A stretch of DNA of 64,000 bases from the human T2T-CHM13v2.0 reference genome, Homo sapiens: assembly GCF_009914755.1 (NCBI RefSeq), contig NC_060937.1. One strand, written 5' to 3'. The notes below the pieces were generated by a model. The model saw nothing but the letters and a program-made list of their open reading frames with translations, had not been told where the DNA came from and ran no database searches. Positions 27,500 through 42,601 of this stretch are shown here, one piece after another. The position numbers were made by a program, and so were the translations under genes. The first letter of the stretch is position 1; each line of letters opens with the position of its first letter.

Positions 27500-28320
27500 G
27501 CCCGTTGCCTTCCGATGGACAGTTCCTTACCTGCCGGGTCGGCCTCCGCAGAGAGTGGTGGTCTTGAAAACCCAGTTTTGGGAGAATACCTGCCGCGCCT
27601 CCCGCCCAAATACCCAGAGGTTTCATAGCCGCCATCGCTGCGGTGGAGGAGGCCGCCTGTTGCGTCCCACCCCACCAGAAAGCCTAACACTGGCCTGAAG
27701 CGTAATCTTAAAGTGGTAGGGGAAAATACCGATCTAGCGCAGAGAGCAAAACACCTCCGTTCTGGGTTTAATGGGCAGGTCTGGAGGTGAGGTATGCCGT
27801 CCGCACTCAATAATTACTTGCAGGATCGGATTGTTTCTCCAGTGGGTGGGGACTGCAGGATGTAGCATTGAGTGAGCCTGGCAGATTGAAAGATAAAACA
27901 AGGGTGATGATAAAAACAATTACACACTAACCCATTTCCTCCTCCGTGAAATGAGGGAATGGCCCAGACATTTTCCAGACCTCTTCTGTCCTAAGAGTGG
28001 AGCTGGGTGACAGAGCAGGTGCAAGCCGGCCTTTCCCTGCCTCCCCGGGGAACGCACTCTGTTCGGTGAGAGCAACTCAGCTCGCATTGACTCCTTTCAG
28101 CTGCAGGAGTGTGGCCGTTCAGTTCTCATTTGAACTGTTGACAACAGTTGTCTTCTGAGAATCATGAGTTAGAGCCTCCCTTTAGGCTTCTGACTCCCTC
28201 AAAAGTACCAGACAACACAAACTTTTCCCCTCTTGTTACCTTGGCTCTCTAAGCTGTATCTACTTCTATACAAGGCGAACAATTTTGTCTTTTTAAATTA
28301 AAAACAACAACAAAAGCACC
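27500..28320 (+). ncRNA. DOCK9-DT: Probable divergent lncRNA (DOCK9-DT / DOCK9-AS2); ends approximate
   Basis: A DOCK9 divergent transcript is known (recalled). GC-box/CCAAT cluster just before ~27500, ATTAAA at 28297-28302 followed by GT/T-rich sequence, no credible plus-strand ORF. Confidence 0.45.
27531..27635 (-). CDS. DOCK9: Candidate alternative first coding exon of DOCK9 (35 codons)
   Basis: GCGATGG strong Kozak; MAAMKPLGIWAGGAAGILPKLGFQDHHSLRRPTRQ then CAG|GTAAGG donor, phase 0 like exon 1. Confidence 0.5.
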
Positions 28321-28382
28321 TAAGGTTGTAGGGTTTTATATTCTTTTTTCTTTTCTTTTTTTAAGAGCTATATGATTACAGT

Positions 28383-28385
<3 letters not shown>

Positions 28386-28423
<38 letters not shown>
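28386..28423. repeat. (GT)19 microsatellite
   Basis: Perfect dinucleotide run. Confidence 0.97.
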
Positions 28424-28425
<2 letters not shown>

Positions 28426-28873
28426 TCTAAAGAACAAAATTTCAACAAATGGTTTTAAAGATCTAATTGGCTTCTATTAGCAATGCATGAACCAGGCAGC
28501 ATTCTGACTACAAAATAGACGGGAGCTCTTGTGGGAATGGAAGAACAGCTGGGTTTTGTTAAGGTAACTTAAGCAGGAACAAGGGAAAAGCATAGTGCCG
28601 AAAGCACATCGGGTAACTTCAGGTTACTCTCCTTTATGGGTTAAAGCAGAGGGGGCTGCCTTAGCTGGCTCAGGCTGACTGGGCCCCGTTTGACTGGTTG
28701 CTGTGAATCTCCTGGTTTTTGGAAAACTGGCCCTTTTGGGGATTTTCCTGTTTTTTAAAATCTCTGTTTAGTTACGTGGCACCTAACACAGTGGCTTCAT
28801 TTTAGTCTGGTCTGTTGGGGCCTAGTTCAGGAGCTCAGTCCAAGACAATGACCTACCATAAATTTTATTTAAA
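28424..28873 (-). mobile_element. ERV1 solo LTR (MER31/MER67-like)
   Basis: gtctggtctgttggggcctagttcaggagctcagtccaagacaatgacctaccataaattttatttaa is the reverse of the MER31-group 5' end. Confidence 0.65.
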
Positions 28874-29214
28874 TATATGTATATCTGGAAAGTGAAGAAT
28901 TCCCCAAACCTACCAATTTTATCCATATCTCTACCACTCCTAAATTCTGTACTTACTTGCTGATTCAGTATATTCTAGAATTGGCAGATTTTCATTTAGG
29001 AAGCAGAGAACAACAGACAATGTGCCAACAGTAGTCACTGGCAATGTCTAACCAAGCACAGGTTCTGACAGACAAGGCGGCATGGAAACGTGAACTAAGC
29101 CCAGGAAGATGGACCCAGCAACCCAGAGTGGAGCCTCTTCTTCCTGGTGAAGTGCTGTTGATAACAAATGGGACATTCCTAGTGTTAAAGTTTCAGCAGA
29201 AACTTGGTCCCTAC

Positions 29215-29946
29215 TGTTCTGGGTTGAATTGTAGTCCCCCAAAAGATATATTGAAGTTCCAAACCCAGTACCTGTGAATGTGGCCTTATTGGAAATAGGT
29301 CTTTGCACATGTAACCAACTTAAGGTGAGGTCCTACTGGAATAGGTGGGCCCTAATTCAATATGAATGGTTGTTTGTTTGTTTGTTTGTTTGTTTGTTTT
29401 GACAGAGCCTCACTCTGTTGCCCAGGCTGGAGTGCTGTGGTGCAGTCTCAGCTCACTGCAGCCTCTGCCTCCCAGGAGGCTGGGATTACAGGCACCTGTC
29501 ACCACGCCTGGCTAATTTTTTGTATTTTTAGTAGAGAAGGGGTTTTGCCATGTTGGCCAGGCTGAGGTCAGGTCGAACTCCTGACCTCAGGTGATCCGCC
29601 CATCTCAGCCTCCCAAGGTGCTGGGATTACAGGCGTGAGCCACCACGCCCAGCCTGAATGGTGTCTTTATAAGAAGAGACACAAATACATACACAAAGGA
29701 AAAATACTATGTGACAACAAAGGTAGGAAGGAGAATACTGCACACCTGCAAGCCACAGAACAGCAAGGATCACTGGGAACCACCAGAAACTGGAAGAGGC
29801 AAGGAAGGATTCTTCCCTAAAGTCATCAGAGGGAGCATGGCCTGCTGACACCTTGACTTCAGAATTCTAGCCTCTAGAACAGTGACAGAAGAAATTCTGT
29901 TGTTTTAAGTTTGTGGAACTTTTACAGCAGTCCTGGGAAACCAACA
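29215..29946 (+). mobile_element. MLT1C-like MaLR LTR, split by an Alu
   Basis: tgttctgggttgaattgtagtcccc...gagggagcatggcctgctgacaccttga...aaattctgttgttttaag. Confidence 0.8.
29371..29654 (-). mobile_element. AluS inside MLT1
   Basis: TSD tgaatggt, (TTTG)n tail. Confidence 0.92.
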
Positions 29947-30572
29947 TGCTGGCCAAAGGCTATTTTTAAAATTTCCACCAGAGTGGGCCTGGAATTGTGT
30001 GAATTCTTTTGGCATCACTATTTCCTGGAGAGCAGTCATACCTACAGAGGGGCAGAGCATCAGCCCAAAAGAGGGTGCTACCTGGCTACCTGGGATGAGG
30101 CTGACCTCTGGCTGGACTGGGTGGATGGTGTCTCAGGTACGGTAGAAGATACATCCACCTACATTAGCTTGATGGAGTAACCTCATCTTTGTTTTTCCAA
30201 ACTATAGGAAGAAAGCTTTTCTTTCTGTTGAAAATTATACTAGTAGGTAGTGGAGATGAAATATAATTGCAGCCAGTTCTGAAATTTGCATGTAAATGAC
30301 TGTACTACACCCAAATTTATAATTCAAGCATTACTCATGTTTAATGATAACCTCTTACTACATCATTTCCTTGTTAAGTTTGCTTTAGGATTTGTATGTG
30401 TCTTAATAACATATAATTAGTTTAAAATCTTTTCTGGATATATCTTGAAAGAGTATATCTGTTTTTAGCAAAAATAACAAGTGACCCATAAAAAGGAGGC
30501 ACTCCTGTGCACTGTCACAGGGAAGTGTGAAAGGGGACTTTCGTTCTTTATTTTATCCTTGCACTGATTGAA

Positions 30573-30880
<308 letters not shown>

Positions 30881-30923
30881 TGAATTTTTTTAATGAACAT
30901 TCACTACCTTTATACTTCATTTA

Positions 30924-30996
30924 TTAGGTTGGTGCAAAAGTAATTGCATCTTTTATTTCAGTGGCAAAAACTGCAATTACTTTTGCACCAACCTAA
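30924..30996. mobile_element. MADE1 (Hsmar1 MITE)
   Basis: ttaggttggtgcaaaagtaattgca...tgcaattacttttgcaccaacctaa palindrome, preceded by TA. Confidence 0.92.
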
Positions 30997-31269
30997 AAAC
31001 TTTTTTTTTTTTTTACAAATTTGTTTTTTGAAATTAATCAACTCATGCTTAGAAGTAGGCTCTTGTTTATTCCGCTAGGTAACATAAGTAGAAAACACAT
31101 CTCTTCAAGACAGAGCATCTGGGAAAGGTATTACAATTAATCTAACACATGTTTCCAGATACCACTTAGGGTTCATGTTACTGGAAGAATGTAATCCCCT
31201 CTTTCACTTCTGTTTTACTTAGGAGACATTCTTAGAGGAAATGGAATATGAGGTCTTTAAGAGATAGCT

Positions 31270-31450
31270 GAGACGAGGGCATGTCGCATTTTATTATGTG
31301 TATAAGTCACCTGTGGATCTTGTTAAAATGCAATTCTGATTGAGATGGTCAGCTGTGGTGCCCAAGAGCCTACAGGGCTAACAAATTCCAGGTGATGTCA
31401 AGCTCCTAAATCAGATGCTGCTCACCTACAGACCACACCTGGAGTAGCAG
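31270..31450. mobile_element. MER5A-like hAT-Charlie fossil
   Basis: tcacctgtggatcttgttaaaatgcaattctgatt...ccaggtgatg...gaccacacctggagtagca. Confidence 0.65.
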
Positions 31451-32391
31451 ACAGTTTGACTTCACTGCAGGCTCTTGAAGATTCTCCAGCTGACTCAAAA
31501 TTTAAGCAGGAAGGCGGCCAAACAATAGGAAAACGGGCAAAACTCATGACCAAACAATTCACAGAAAAGATATAAAATGGCTGGTAAACATATGAAAAGG
31601 TGTTTGACCTCATTTATGATGTAAGAAATGCAAATGAAAACTACACTGATATACAATTTCTCACCAAATTGGAAAAATTATAAGGTATCACACTTTATGT
31701 GGAAAGGCTATTGGGAAACAGGCACTGTCACACATTGCTGGTAGAGATGCAAGGTGACACAACTGCTATGCAGTAGAATATGGCAATATCTGACAACACA
31801 ATGTATGCATTTGCCGTTTGTGCCAGCAATCCCACTACTAGGAATTTTCTGTGAAAATACACCTTAAAAAAAGGAAAATATTATGCACCAAGTTATTCAT
31901 TGAAGCATTATTTATAATGGCAAAATATTGGAAAATATCTAAATACCCAAATATTGGAGATAGAGCCAATGTGGTGCATGCACACAAAGATATTATTCAA
32001 CTGAGAAAATGAATGAGAAAGATACCTATTAATATATGTGAAATGATTGTCAGGATATGTTGTTTTAAAAAGCAAAAAAAAAAAAAAAAAAGAAAAAAGC
32101 AACTGAACTATGCTGTCTTTAGGTAAAAAATAAGGGAAAGTATGCTAGTATCTGCTTATTTCTACCAAACTCCCCCAACCCACACAGGAAGGATAGCTAG
32201 AGATTACTAAGTTTGTCACCTTCAAACGTTAGGTGGGAACAAAGCAGAAAGAAGAGGAGGAATGGGGAACACAGGTTGAGTGATATTTCTCTGAATACAA
32301 TTTTCTGTACCGTTCTTTTTGATGTTAATGTTTTACATATTCAAAAAAATAATAAGGCAGAACATAAAATTAACAAGAATAAAGAAAACTC

Positions 32392-32682
<291 letters not shown>

Positions 32683-33158
32683 AAAGAAAACTCTAAAATG
32701 GAATACAAATAAACACATGGACAGACCTATATAATCATAATGTAACCACACTGAAGTCAAAACATTTTTTAAAGAACAAACCCCAGTAACTTTGAACAAA
32801 GCATATGAACTATATGCCATTAGATCTTTAACCTAAAGAACTCTAAACAGTATTGAACTCTGGTAAACTGGCTGTTTTTGTTTGTTTGTTTGATGGATTT
32901 GCAGATGTATGGACTAGACATTCTGAAATGAATTTCTGTATATTTCAAGATTGAGAAAATAAGTAATATATTCTTCGTAATGGGAAGTGGGTTTCTCACT
33001 GTCAGAGAAAGGATTTAAAAATATGGAAGGAAGAAGGAAAGAATAAACCCTGTGGTGTTGGATTGGCTCTGGGGATATCAGTATAAACTCATGAGTTTTA
33101 ATAGATAGATGACAGAGAGAGACAGAAAGAGAGAGAGATAGGTCCATACATATCACAT

Positions 33159-33673
<515 letters not shown>

Positions 33674-34276
33674 TGTGTGTATGTGTGTGTGTACATACAT
33701 GTATTTTCTAGTTCCATCCACTAAAATGTCCTATGAGCAGTCACTTTCATAGTAATGAGTACATCTAGCACTTAGAACTTGCTTTCCAAGTAGCAATCTC
33801 CAATAAAAGGAGCCAAGGCTTCCCAAACAAAGAGTTGATTTCAGAACTGGGGTGGGGAAAGTTCAAGACAATCCTGCAACATCTTAGCCAAACATGCTAG
33901 AACACAGCCTGGGCAGGTGTCCTGACTGTGCTAAGTCCAGTGCTTCCCAGAATGCATGGCCCTGCCCAGTGACTCCCCAGAGGGCTTTTGTACGCTCTCA
34001 GTGAAGCTGAAGCCCATCATGACCCAGAGACTCTGTTTAGCTTGTTCGCTCCTGGGACCTTCCACCTAAGAGTGCCAATATTGCCGTACACAGCTCAGTG
34101 TGTGCTCCCTACTTCATTTTTAGAATAATCACCATTAAGTTACATGTATATGTAAATAGTTCTTGACAAAATAAAATATTTAATTGAGAAAATTCAACAA
34201 ACAGGTTAAAATCAGAGTGGGGCAGCTAAAGAAAGAACTAGTAAAAATAAAAGACAGATCAGAAGGAATAATGCAT

Positions 34277-34707
34277 GGGTAGATGCAGAAGTTCACCACC
34301 TAGGTCCCCCTGCAAGGAAAAGCTTGTTGCCCAGGAAGTAAAAAGGACAGCCTCGACTGCCAGCTCCATCAGGATCTGCCTCTGCTTCTGCTGCAGAAAG
34401 CACCTCACCAGTAATCACATACTTGCCAGGGAAGCTCACACTGAGTGAAGGAATAAAGTAGGAGCTGGAAGTTGTGGCGGTTTCAGGCTGATGTGGGAAA
34501 ACTCTGATAGACGATATTGATTCCAAAGCTCTCTGGTTGGTGGGCAAGTGTTTTGTCAAGCCTGCATCACTGTTCAACTTCTCTCTCTGCACACACCTGG
34601 ATCCTCCTCTTTCCCTTCACAGGTGTTGATTCCTAATAAACATCACCCCAAAGTTGCACCCCAAACTTCATCTCAGCATCTGTTTATGGAGAACCCAGTC
34701 TGCAACA
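34277..34707 (+). mobile_element. ERVL solo LTR (LTR16-like)
   Basis: cacaggtgttgattcctaataaa...catctcagcatctgtttatggagaacccagtctgcaaca 3' end. Confidence 0.65.
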
Positions 34708-34954
34708 ATCCAGAATGCAGGACAGAGAATCAGATGGAAGATATGAGGAAGGAGTTGAAAGAAATGGAGGAAAAGTGAAAAAAATCTAACATGAAATAGT
34801 AAGAGAGAGAAATAAGAGGAAATCCATACATACCTAGATGCATCATAATGAATCTGCAGAACCAAAGAGAAGATCATGAATATAAAGACAGACTGCTCAC
34901 AAAGATAAATGACAGACAGCTCAACATCAGTGAAAGCTAGAAAACAATGGAATA

Positions 34955-35235
34955 GGCCAGGCGCAGTGGCTCATGCCTGTAATCCCAGCACTTTGGGAGG
35001 CTGAGGTGGGTGGATCACCTGAGGGTCAGGAGTTCGAGACCAGCCTGGCCAACATGATGAAACCCCGTCTCTACTAAAAATACAAAAATTAGCCGGGCGT
35101 GGTGGCAGATGCCTGTAATCCCAGGTACTCAGAAGGCTGAGGCACGACAATTGCTTGAACCTGGGAGGCAGAGGTTGCCGTGAGCCAAAATTGCACCACT
35201 GCCCTCCAGCCTGGGCAACAGAGCAAGACTGTCTC

Positions 35236-35266
<31 letters not shown>

Positions 35267-35279
35267 AAGAAAAAGAAAA
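34955..35279 (+). mobile_element. AluS
   Basis: Full Alu with A/(AAAAG)n tail. Confidence 0.93.
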
Positions 35280-36050
35280 TAGTGCACAACACCAATGTGC
35301 AGACAGATAATACCTGCCAAGCAAGAATGTTATGCTGAGTAAAACTACCTCTCAAGAATGAAGGCAAAATAAAGATATTTTCAGAAAAAATTTTTTGCTA
35401 TCAAAGAGAGGTCACAAAATGACTTTTAAAGAAGGCACCTTAGTGAAAATTCCTAGAAAGATGCAAACTGTCAACTTGGTATGTAGGAGAAATAGAAAAT
35501 CTGAATAGGCCTTTAACAGGTAGTGATTGCATTAATATTGCAAAACTTTCCACAAAGACCTAACATGGTCTTGTTTATAGAAAAGCCTAAGGAATCCACA
35601 AAAAGACTACTAAAGCTAATAAACAAGTTCAGCAAGGTTGTAAGATACAAGACTAATATGCAAAAATCAACTTTATTTTTATACACTAGCAAAGAATAAT
35701 CTAAAAAATGGAATTAGAAAAACAGCTGTTTACAATAGCATCAAAAAGAATAAAATACTTGGGACTAAATTTAACAAAATAAATTCAACATTGTACACTG
35801 AAAACCACAAAACATAGTTGAAAGAAATTAAATAAAACCTAAATAAGTAAAAGACACACTGTAATATTGGATTGCAAGACTTAATATTATTAAGATGACA
35901 ATACTCCCCAAATTGACATATAAATTCAACATAATCCCTATTAAAATCCCAGTTGTCTTTTTTTGCTGCTGATGAGCTGATCCTAAAATTCATATGGAGA
36001 TGCAAGGAACTCAAAATACCCAACACCGTCCTGAAAATAAGAATAAAGTT

Positions 36051-36755
<705 letters not shown>

Positions 36756-37001
36756 GCCATTAGGGGACTCAAACTTCCTTCCCTATGTCACAACTTGGTA
36801 CAAAGCTACAATAAACTAAACTGTGTAGTATTCACATAAGGATAGAAATACAGATAAATAGAATATATAATTCATAGTCCAGGAATAAAACGGTACGTTT
36901 TGGGCAACAGTGCTAAGACCATTCAGTGGGGAAAGAATAGTCTTTTTCAACAAATGGTGCTGGGACAACTTGATATCCATGTGGAAAAAGAATTAAATTG
37001 A

Positions 37002-37302
37002 GGCTGGCCATGGTGGCTCATGCCTGTAATCCCAGCACTTTGGGAGGCAAGATGAGAGGATTGCTTGAGCCCAGGAGTTCGAGGCCAGCCTGGGCAGTGT
37101 AGTGAGACCTCATCTCTACAAAAAATAAAAATAAATTAGTCAGGCATGGTAGCATATGTCTGTAGTCCCAGCCACTTGGGAGGATCAGATGAGAGGATCA
37201 CTTGAGCCCAGGAGGTTAAGGTTGCAATGAGCTAAGATCGTGCCACTGTACTCCAGCCTGGGTGACAGAGTGAGACCTGTCTCCAGAAAACAAACATACA
37301 AA
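37002..37302 (+). mobile_element. AluJ
   Basis: ggattgcttgagcccaggagttcg. Confidence 0.9.
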
Positions 37303-37530
37303 AACAGTTAAATTGAGCATTACCTCACCCCATATACAAAAATTAATTCAAAATAAATCAAATAGCTAAAACCATGAAACACTTAGAAGAAAACAGAAGT
37401 ATATAACTCTGCGACCTTGGATTAAGCAATGTTTTCTTAGACATGACACCAAAAGCACATGAAACAAAAGAAAATAGATAAATGGGGCATCATTAGAATT
37501 AAAACTTTTGTGCTACAAAGGATACTATCA

Positions 37531-37849
<319 letters not shown>

Positions 37850-38175
37850 GGGGGTGGACTCATGCAATGGAATATTATTCAGCTATAAAAAGGGGTGTGT
37901 ATTGATTTATGCCATAACATGTATGAACTTTAAAAACATTAAGTGAAAGCAGCCAAACACAAAAAGCCACTTATTGTACGACTGTATTTACATAAATGTC
38001 CAGATTAAACAAATCCATAAAGACAGAGAGTAGGTTTGTAGTTGTCAGAGGCTGGAGGGCGGGAAACGTAGGAAATATCTGCTAATAGGCATGGGGTTTC
38101 TTAGTGGGGTGAAGAAAATGACTGCAAAAGAGTGAACAGTGTGGCTCGTTTCATTTCTCTATCTATAATGTATAA

Positions 38176-38617
<442 letters not shown>

Positions 38618-38911
38618 TGAAAATTATCTTCAATGCCATTAAATATCAACAATCTCTTCTTATTGCTGTAGTACATACAATCACATAATGATCAGACATA
38701 ATAACAGTGAATGCATAATGATAAAAATAATAGCTTAGTTTATAAAGCACTGTTATGTAAATGATTTTTACCTTATGAAATGAGTTCCTACAATATTCTT
38801 GTAAGATAAGTTAAAGTTCATGTCACAGGTGAGGTGCACAAACACCAATCGAGATATGTCCCTGAGTAACTTGAAATCTCTTGGAAATGGCTAAAATGGG
38901 ACTTGGGTGTT

Positions 38912-39318
38912 GTATTAGTCAAGTTTCTACAGAGAAACAGAAATATAGATAAATATCTATAGAGAGAGAGAATGGAATTTGTTAGGCAGTCCCATGATCT
39001 GCCATCTGTAAGCTGGAGACCCAGAAAAGCTGATGAGGTAGTTCAAAGGCCTGCAAGTAGGAGAGCCAATGGTATAGATTTGAACCCAGGTCTGAAGGTC
39101 TGAGAAACAGTAGCACTGAGGGTGGAAGACAAATGTTCCAACTCAGAGAGTCAGGCCAAGAGACTGACCCACACCGGGCTACCTGCTCTCCTCAGTTCAC
39201 TCATTCACATACTCATCTCTTCCAGAAAGACCCTCACAACCACACCCAGAAACATGTTTAACTAGCTTCCTGGCATCCTGTAGCCCAGTCAAGTCGACGC
39301 ATAAAATTAATCATCACA
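38912..39318 (-). mobile_element. MLT2 (ERVL) solo LTR
   Basis: tgtattagtcaagtttctacagagaaacagaa...agcccagtcaagtcgacgcataaaattaatcatcaca. Confidence 0.8.
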
Positions 39319-39319
39319 G

Positions 39320-39609
39320 GGCCTGGCATGGTAGCTCACACTTATAATCCCAGCACTTTGAGATGCCAAGGTGGGCGGATCACCTGAGGTCAGGAGTTAG
39401 AGACCAGCCTGGCCAACATGGCGAAACCCTGTCTCTACTAAAAATACAAAAATTAGCTGGGTGTGGGGGCAGACACCTGTGGTCCCAGCTACTTGGGAGG
39501 CTCAGGCACAAGAATCACTTGAACCCCAGAGGCAGAGGTTGCAGTGAGCCAAGATCACACCACTGCACTCCAGCCTGGGCAACAGAGCAGGACTCTGTTT
39601 CAAAAAAAA
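39320..39609 (+). mobile_element. AluS
   Basis: Full Alu; TSD core catcacag. Confidence 0.92.
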
Positions 39610-39929
39610 CCCCATCACAGATAAGAAGGCTATGTCTGAGGAAGTAACTAAAGCTTTCTTCTCAATTATTTCCACTGTAGATACATCTTTTCATTGAGCC
39701 AATACAGCAGAAATTGGGCAAAAATTCCACATGATTTTAAAACAAATGTCTTCCTAAGTTGACTGGGTGAAACAGGAGTCAAAACCAGTTTCCTTTGGAA
39801 AATATTTATTTAACAAAACTCACACAATTTTTTCCAGAAAACACGGTAATAAAAATAAAAATATAAAGTTTCAATAGATGGGGGCTATCTTCAACAGTTC
39901 AAGAAATAAGAATCAGAAAAAAAATTGAA

Positions 39930-40225
39930 CAGTCATAAAAAGACAAATACTATGTAATTCCACTTTACAGGATGCCTAGAATAGTCGAATTCATAGAGAC
40001 AGAAAGCAGCATGGTGGTTTCCAGGGGCTGGAGGGAGAGGAGAATGGAGACTTGTTGTTTAATGGGTACAGAGCTTCGGTTTTACAAGATGAAAATAGTT
40101 GTGTGGATGGATGGTGGTGACGGTTCCAAAATAGTGTGAATGTACTTAATGCCACTAACTACACACTAAAAAAAAATAGTTAAGGTTGCAAATTGTATGT
40201 GTATTGGCCACAATTAAAAATTATA
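39930..40225 (+). mobile_element. L1MA/MB 3' end
   Basis: ttcatagagacagaaagc...gtgtgaatgtacttaatgccact. Confidence 0.8.
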
Positions 40226-40231
40226 AAACTA

Positions 40232-40661
<430 letters not shown>

Positions 40662-41265
40662 TTACAAGAATGGGCAAATCCTGTGTCAAGTGGTCTGAAT
40701 CATATGCAATTTCTAGGGGTCCTCTTGAAAAAATACAGAGTTTTAAATATCAACTAGAGTACAAAAGGAGATATTTAGTATAAGAAAAATCATGTAAATT
40801 ATAATTTTTAAGCTACTTAATACCACAAACATCACATAATCCTAAAAAATAGTATTTTTATAAACAAATTTTCTCATGCATCTCTAAAAGGCTTTTTTTC
40901 TTATAATTTTTGTCTGCAGACACTCTGATAGCCTCTTAAAAAGACAGTGATTTTGTAATATTTTGTTTGGCAAGAATAGAAAGAAAATTATCTTAAGCGT
41001 TGGTAATTGACATTTGAAAATGATTGATAGTTTAGAAATGCTTCTTTCTACTTCTATCAAAGCAACTAGTTGTTGGTAACATCTCGTAACTTTCTTGGAT
41101 TTTGTCAAATTTCAGGAAAATTGTTAGTAAATAAATTTATGTATGAGCCGTAATATTTTAGGATACTTTCAGTTTTTCTGTGTCTGAGTCCTCAAGTTGA
41201 CAATATTCATTACCTAGTTTGTCATCAATGTCCTCATTGTATTGGAAAATTAAGAGTTTTATGGA

Positions 41266-41912
41266 GGCCGGGCACAATGGCTCACACCTGTAATCCCAGC
41301 ACTTTAGGAAGCCAAGGCAGAAGGATTGCTAGAGGCCAGGAGTTTGAGACCAGCCGGAGCAACAAAAAATTAGCTAGGCATGGTGGTGCATGCCAGTGGT
41401 CCCAGCTACTTTGGAGGGTGAGATGTGAAGATCCCCTGAGCCCAGGAGTTTGAGACTATGGTGAGTAATGAACTGGACACTGCTCTCCAACCTGGGCAAC
41501 TGTATTAGTCCATTCTCACGCCGCTAATAAAGACATACCCAAGACTGGGTAATTTATAAAGGAAAGAGGTTTAATTGACTCATAGTTCAGCATGGCTGGG
41601 GAGGCCTCAGGAAATTTACGGTCATGGCAGAAGGAAAAGCAAACACATCCTTCTTCATGTGGCGGCAGCAAGGAGAAGAATGAGAGCCGAGCAAAGGAGG
41701 AAGTCCCTTATAAAACCATCAGATCTCATGAGCACTCACTCACTATCACGAGAACAGCATGAGGGAAACCACCCCCATGATTCAATTACCTCCACAGGTC
41801 CCTCCCACAACACGTGGGGATTATGGTAACTACAATTCAAGATGAGATTTGGATGGGGACACAGCCAAACCATATCAGCAACAGAGCAAGACCCTGTGTC
41901 TTAACAAAAAAA
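41266..41912 (+). mobile_element. AluJ split by a THE1 LTR
   Basis: Alu stops at cctgggcaac and resumes at gcaacagagcaagaccctg. Confidence 0.88.
41501..41877 (-). mobile_element. THE1C-like MaLR solo LTR
   Basis: tgtattagtcc...acagccaaaccatatca, 377 bp, TSD GCAAC. Confidence 0.9.
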
Positions 41913-41983
41913 AATATTTTTAGAGTTTTATGTTCTCCTTACCAAAGTCAATATTTCATGTTTAACCCACATAGATTTTAAAT

Positions 41984-42284
41984 TATTTTTCTTTATTTTT
42001 TTTAAGACAGGGCCTCGTGCTGTTGCCCAGGCTGCAGTGCAGTAGCATGATCATGGCTCACTGCAGCCTCAGCCTCCTGCACTCAAGACATCCTCCCTCC
42101 TCAGCCTCCTGGTTAGATGGGACTACAGGCACATGCCACCACACATGACTAATTTTTTATTTTTTGTAGAAACAGGGTCTTGCTGTGTTGCCCAGGCTGA
42201 TCTCAAACTCCTAAGCTCAAGCAATCCTCCCACCTTGGCCTGCCAAAGTGCTGGGATTACAGGCATAAGCCACCACGCCAGGCT
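41984..42284 (-). mobile_element. AluJ
   Basis: Antisense diverged Alu. Confidence 0.9.
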
Positions 42285-42601
42285 TAATTCTATGTGAGTT
42301 CATATAATTCACAACTCTTTATTACTCAGATTTCAAATAATCTAAATATAGAATCATTTGTTTCTCCTAACAGAATATCCCTTCCTCCTAATGCACGATT
42401 GGTTTTGGTATGATCTGGAAGTTTTGTGTTATACTTTCCTTCTCAGTGTCGGAATAACTCCTATTGACTTAATCACTCATCTTAACTGTTTTGTTTCATA
42501 TCTCACTAATTTTTACCTAATTTTTCTCTCCCTTCTTTAATAAATAAATATAAGGATTGTAAAATAAGCTATCTTTGTGTATGTCTAAATAGGACTTTAT
42601 C

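Larger units (their letters stand above)
25500..27700. promoter_or_regulatory. CpG island / bidirectional promoter of DOCK9
   Basis: Very high GC and CpG density, no obvious TATA box. GC boxes at 26379-26415 and 27430-27450, CCAAT (ATTGG) at 27477-27481, NRF1-like GGCGCATGCTCA at 27405-27416. Confidence 0.9.

Noticed and set aside
25489-27810. Many long overlapping ORFs (up to 294 aa) on both strands in the CpG island
   Set aside because: Low-complexity Pro/Arg/Gly/Ala translations are expected from stop-codon scarcity in GC-rich DNA. Only the segments ending in phase-0 donors were kept.
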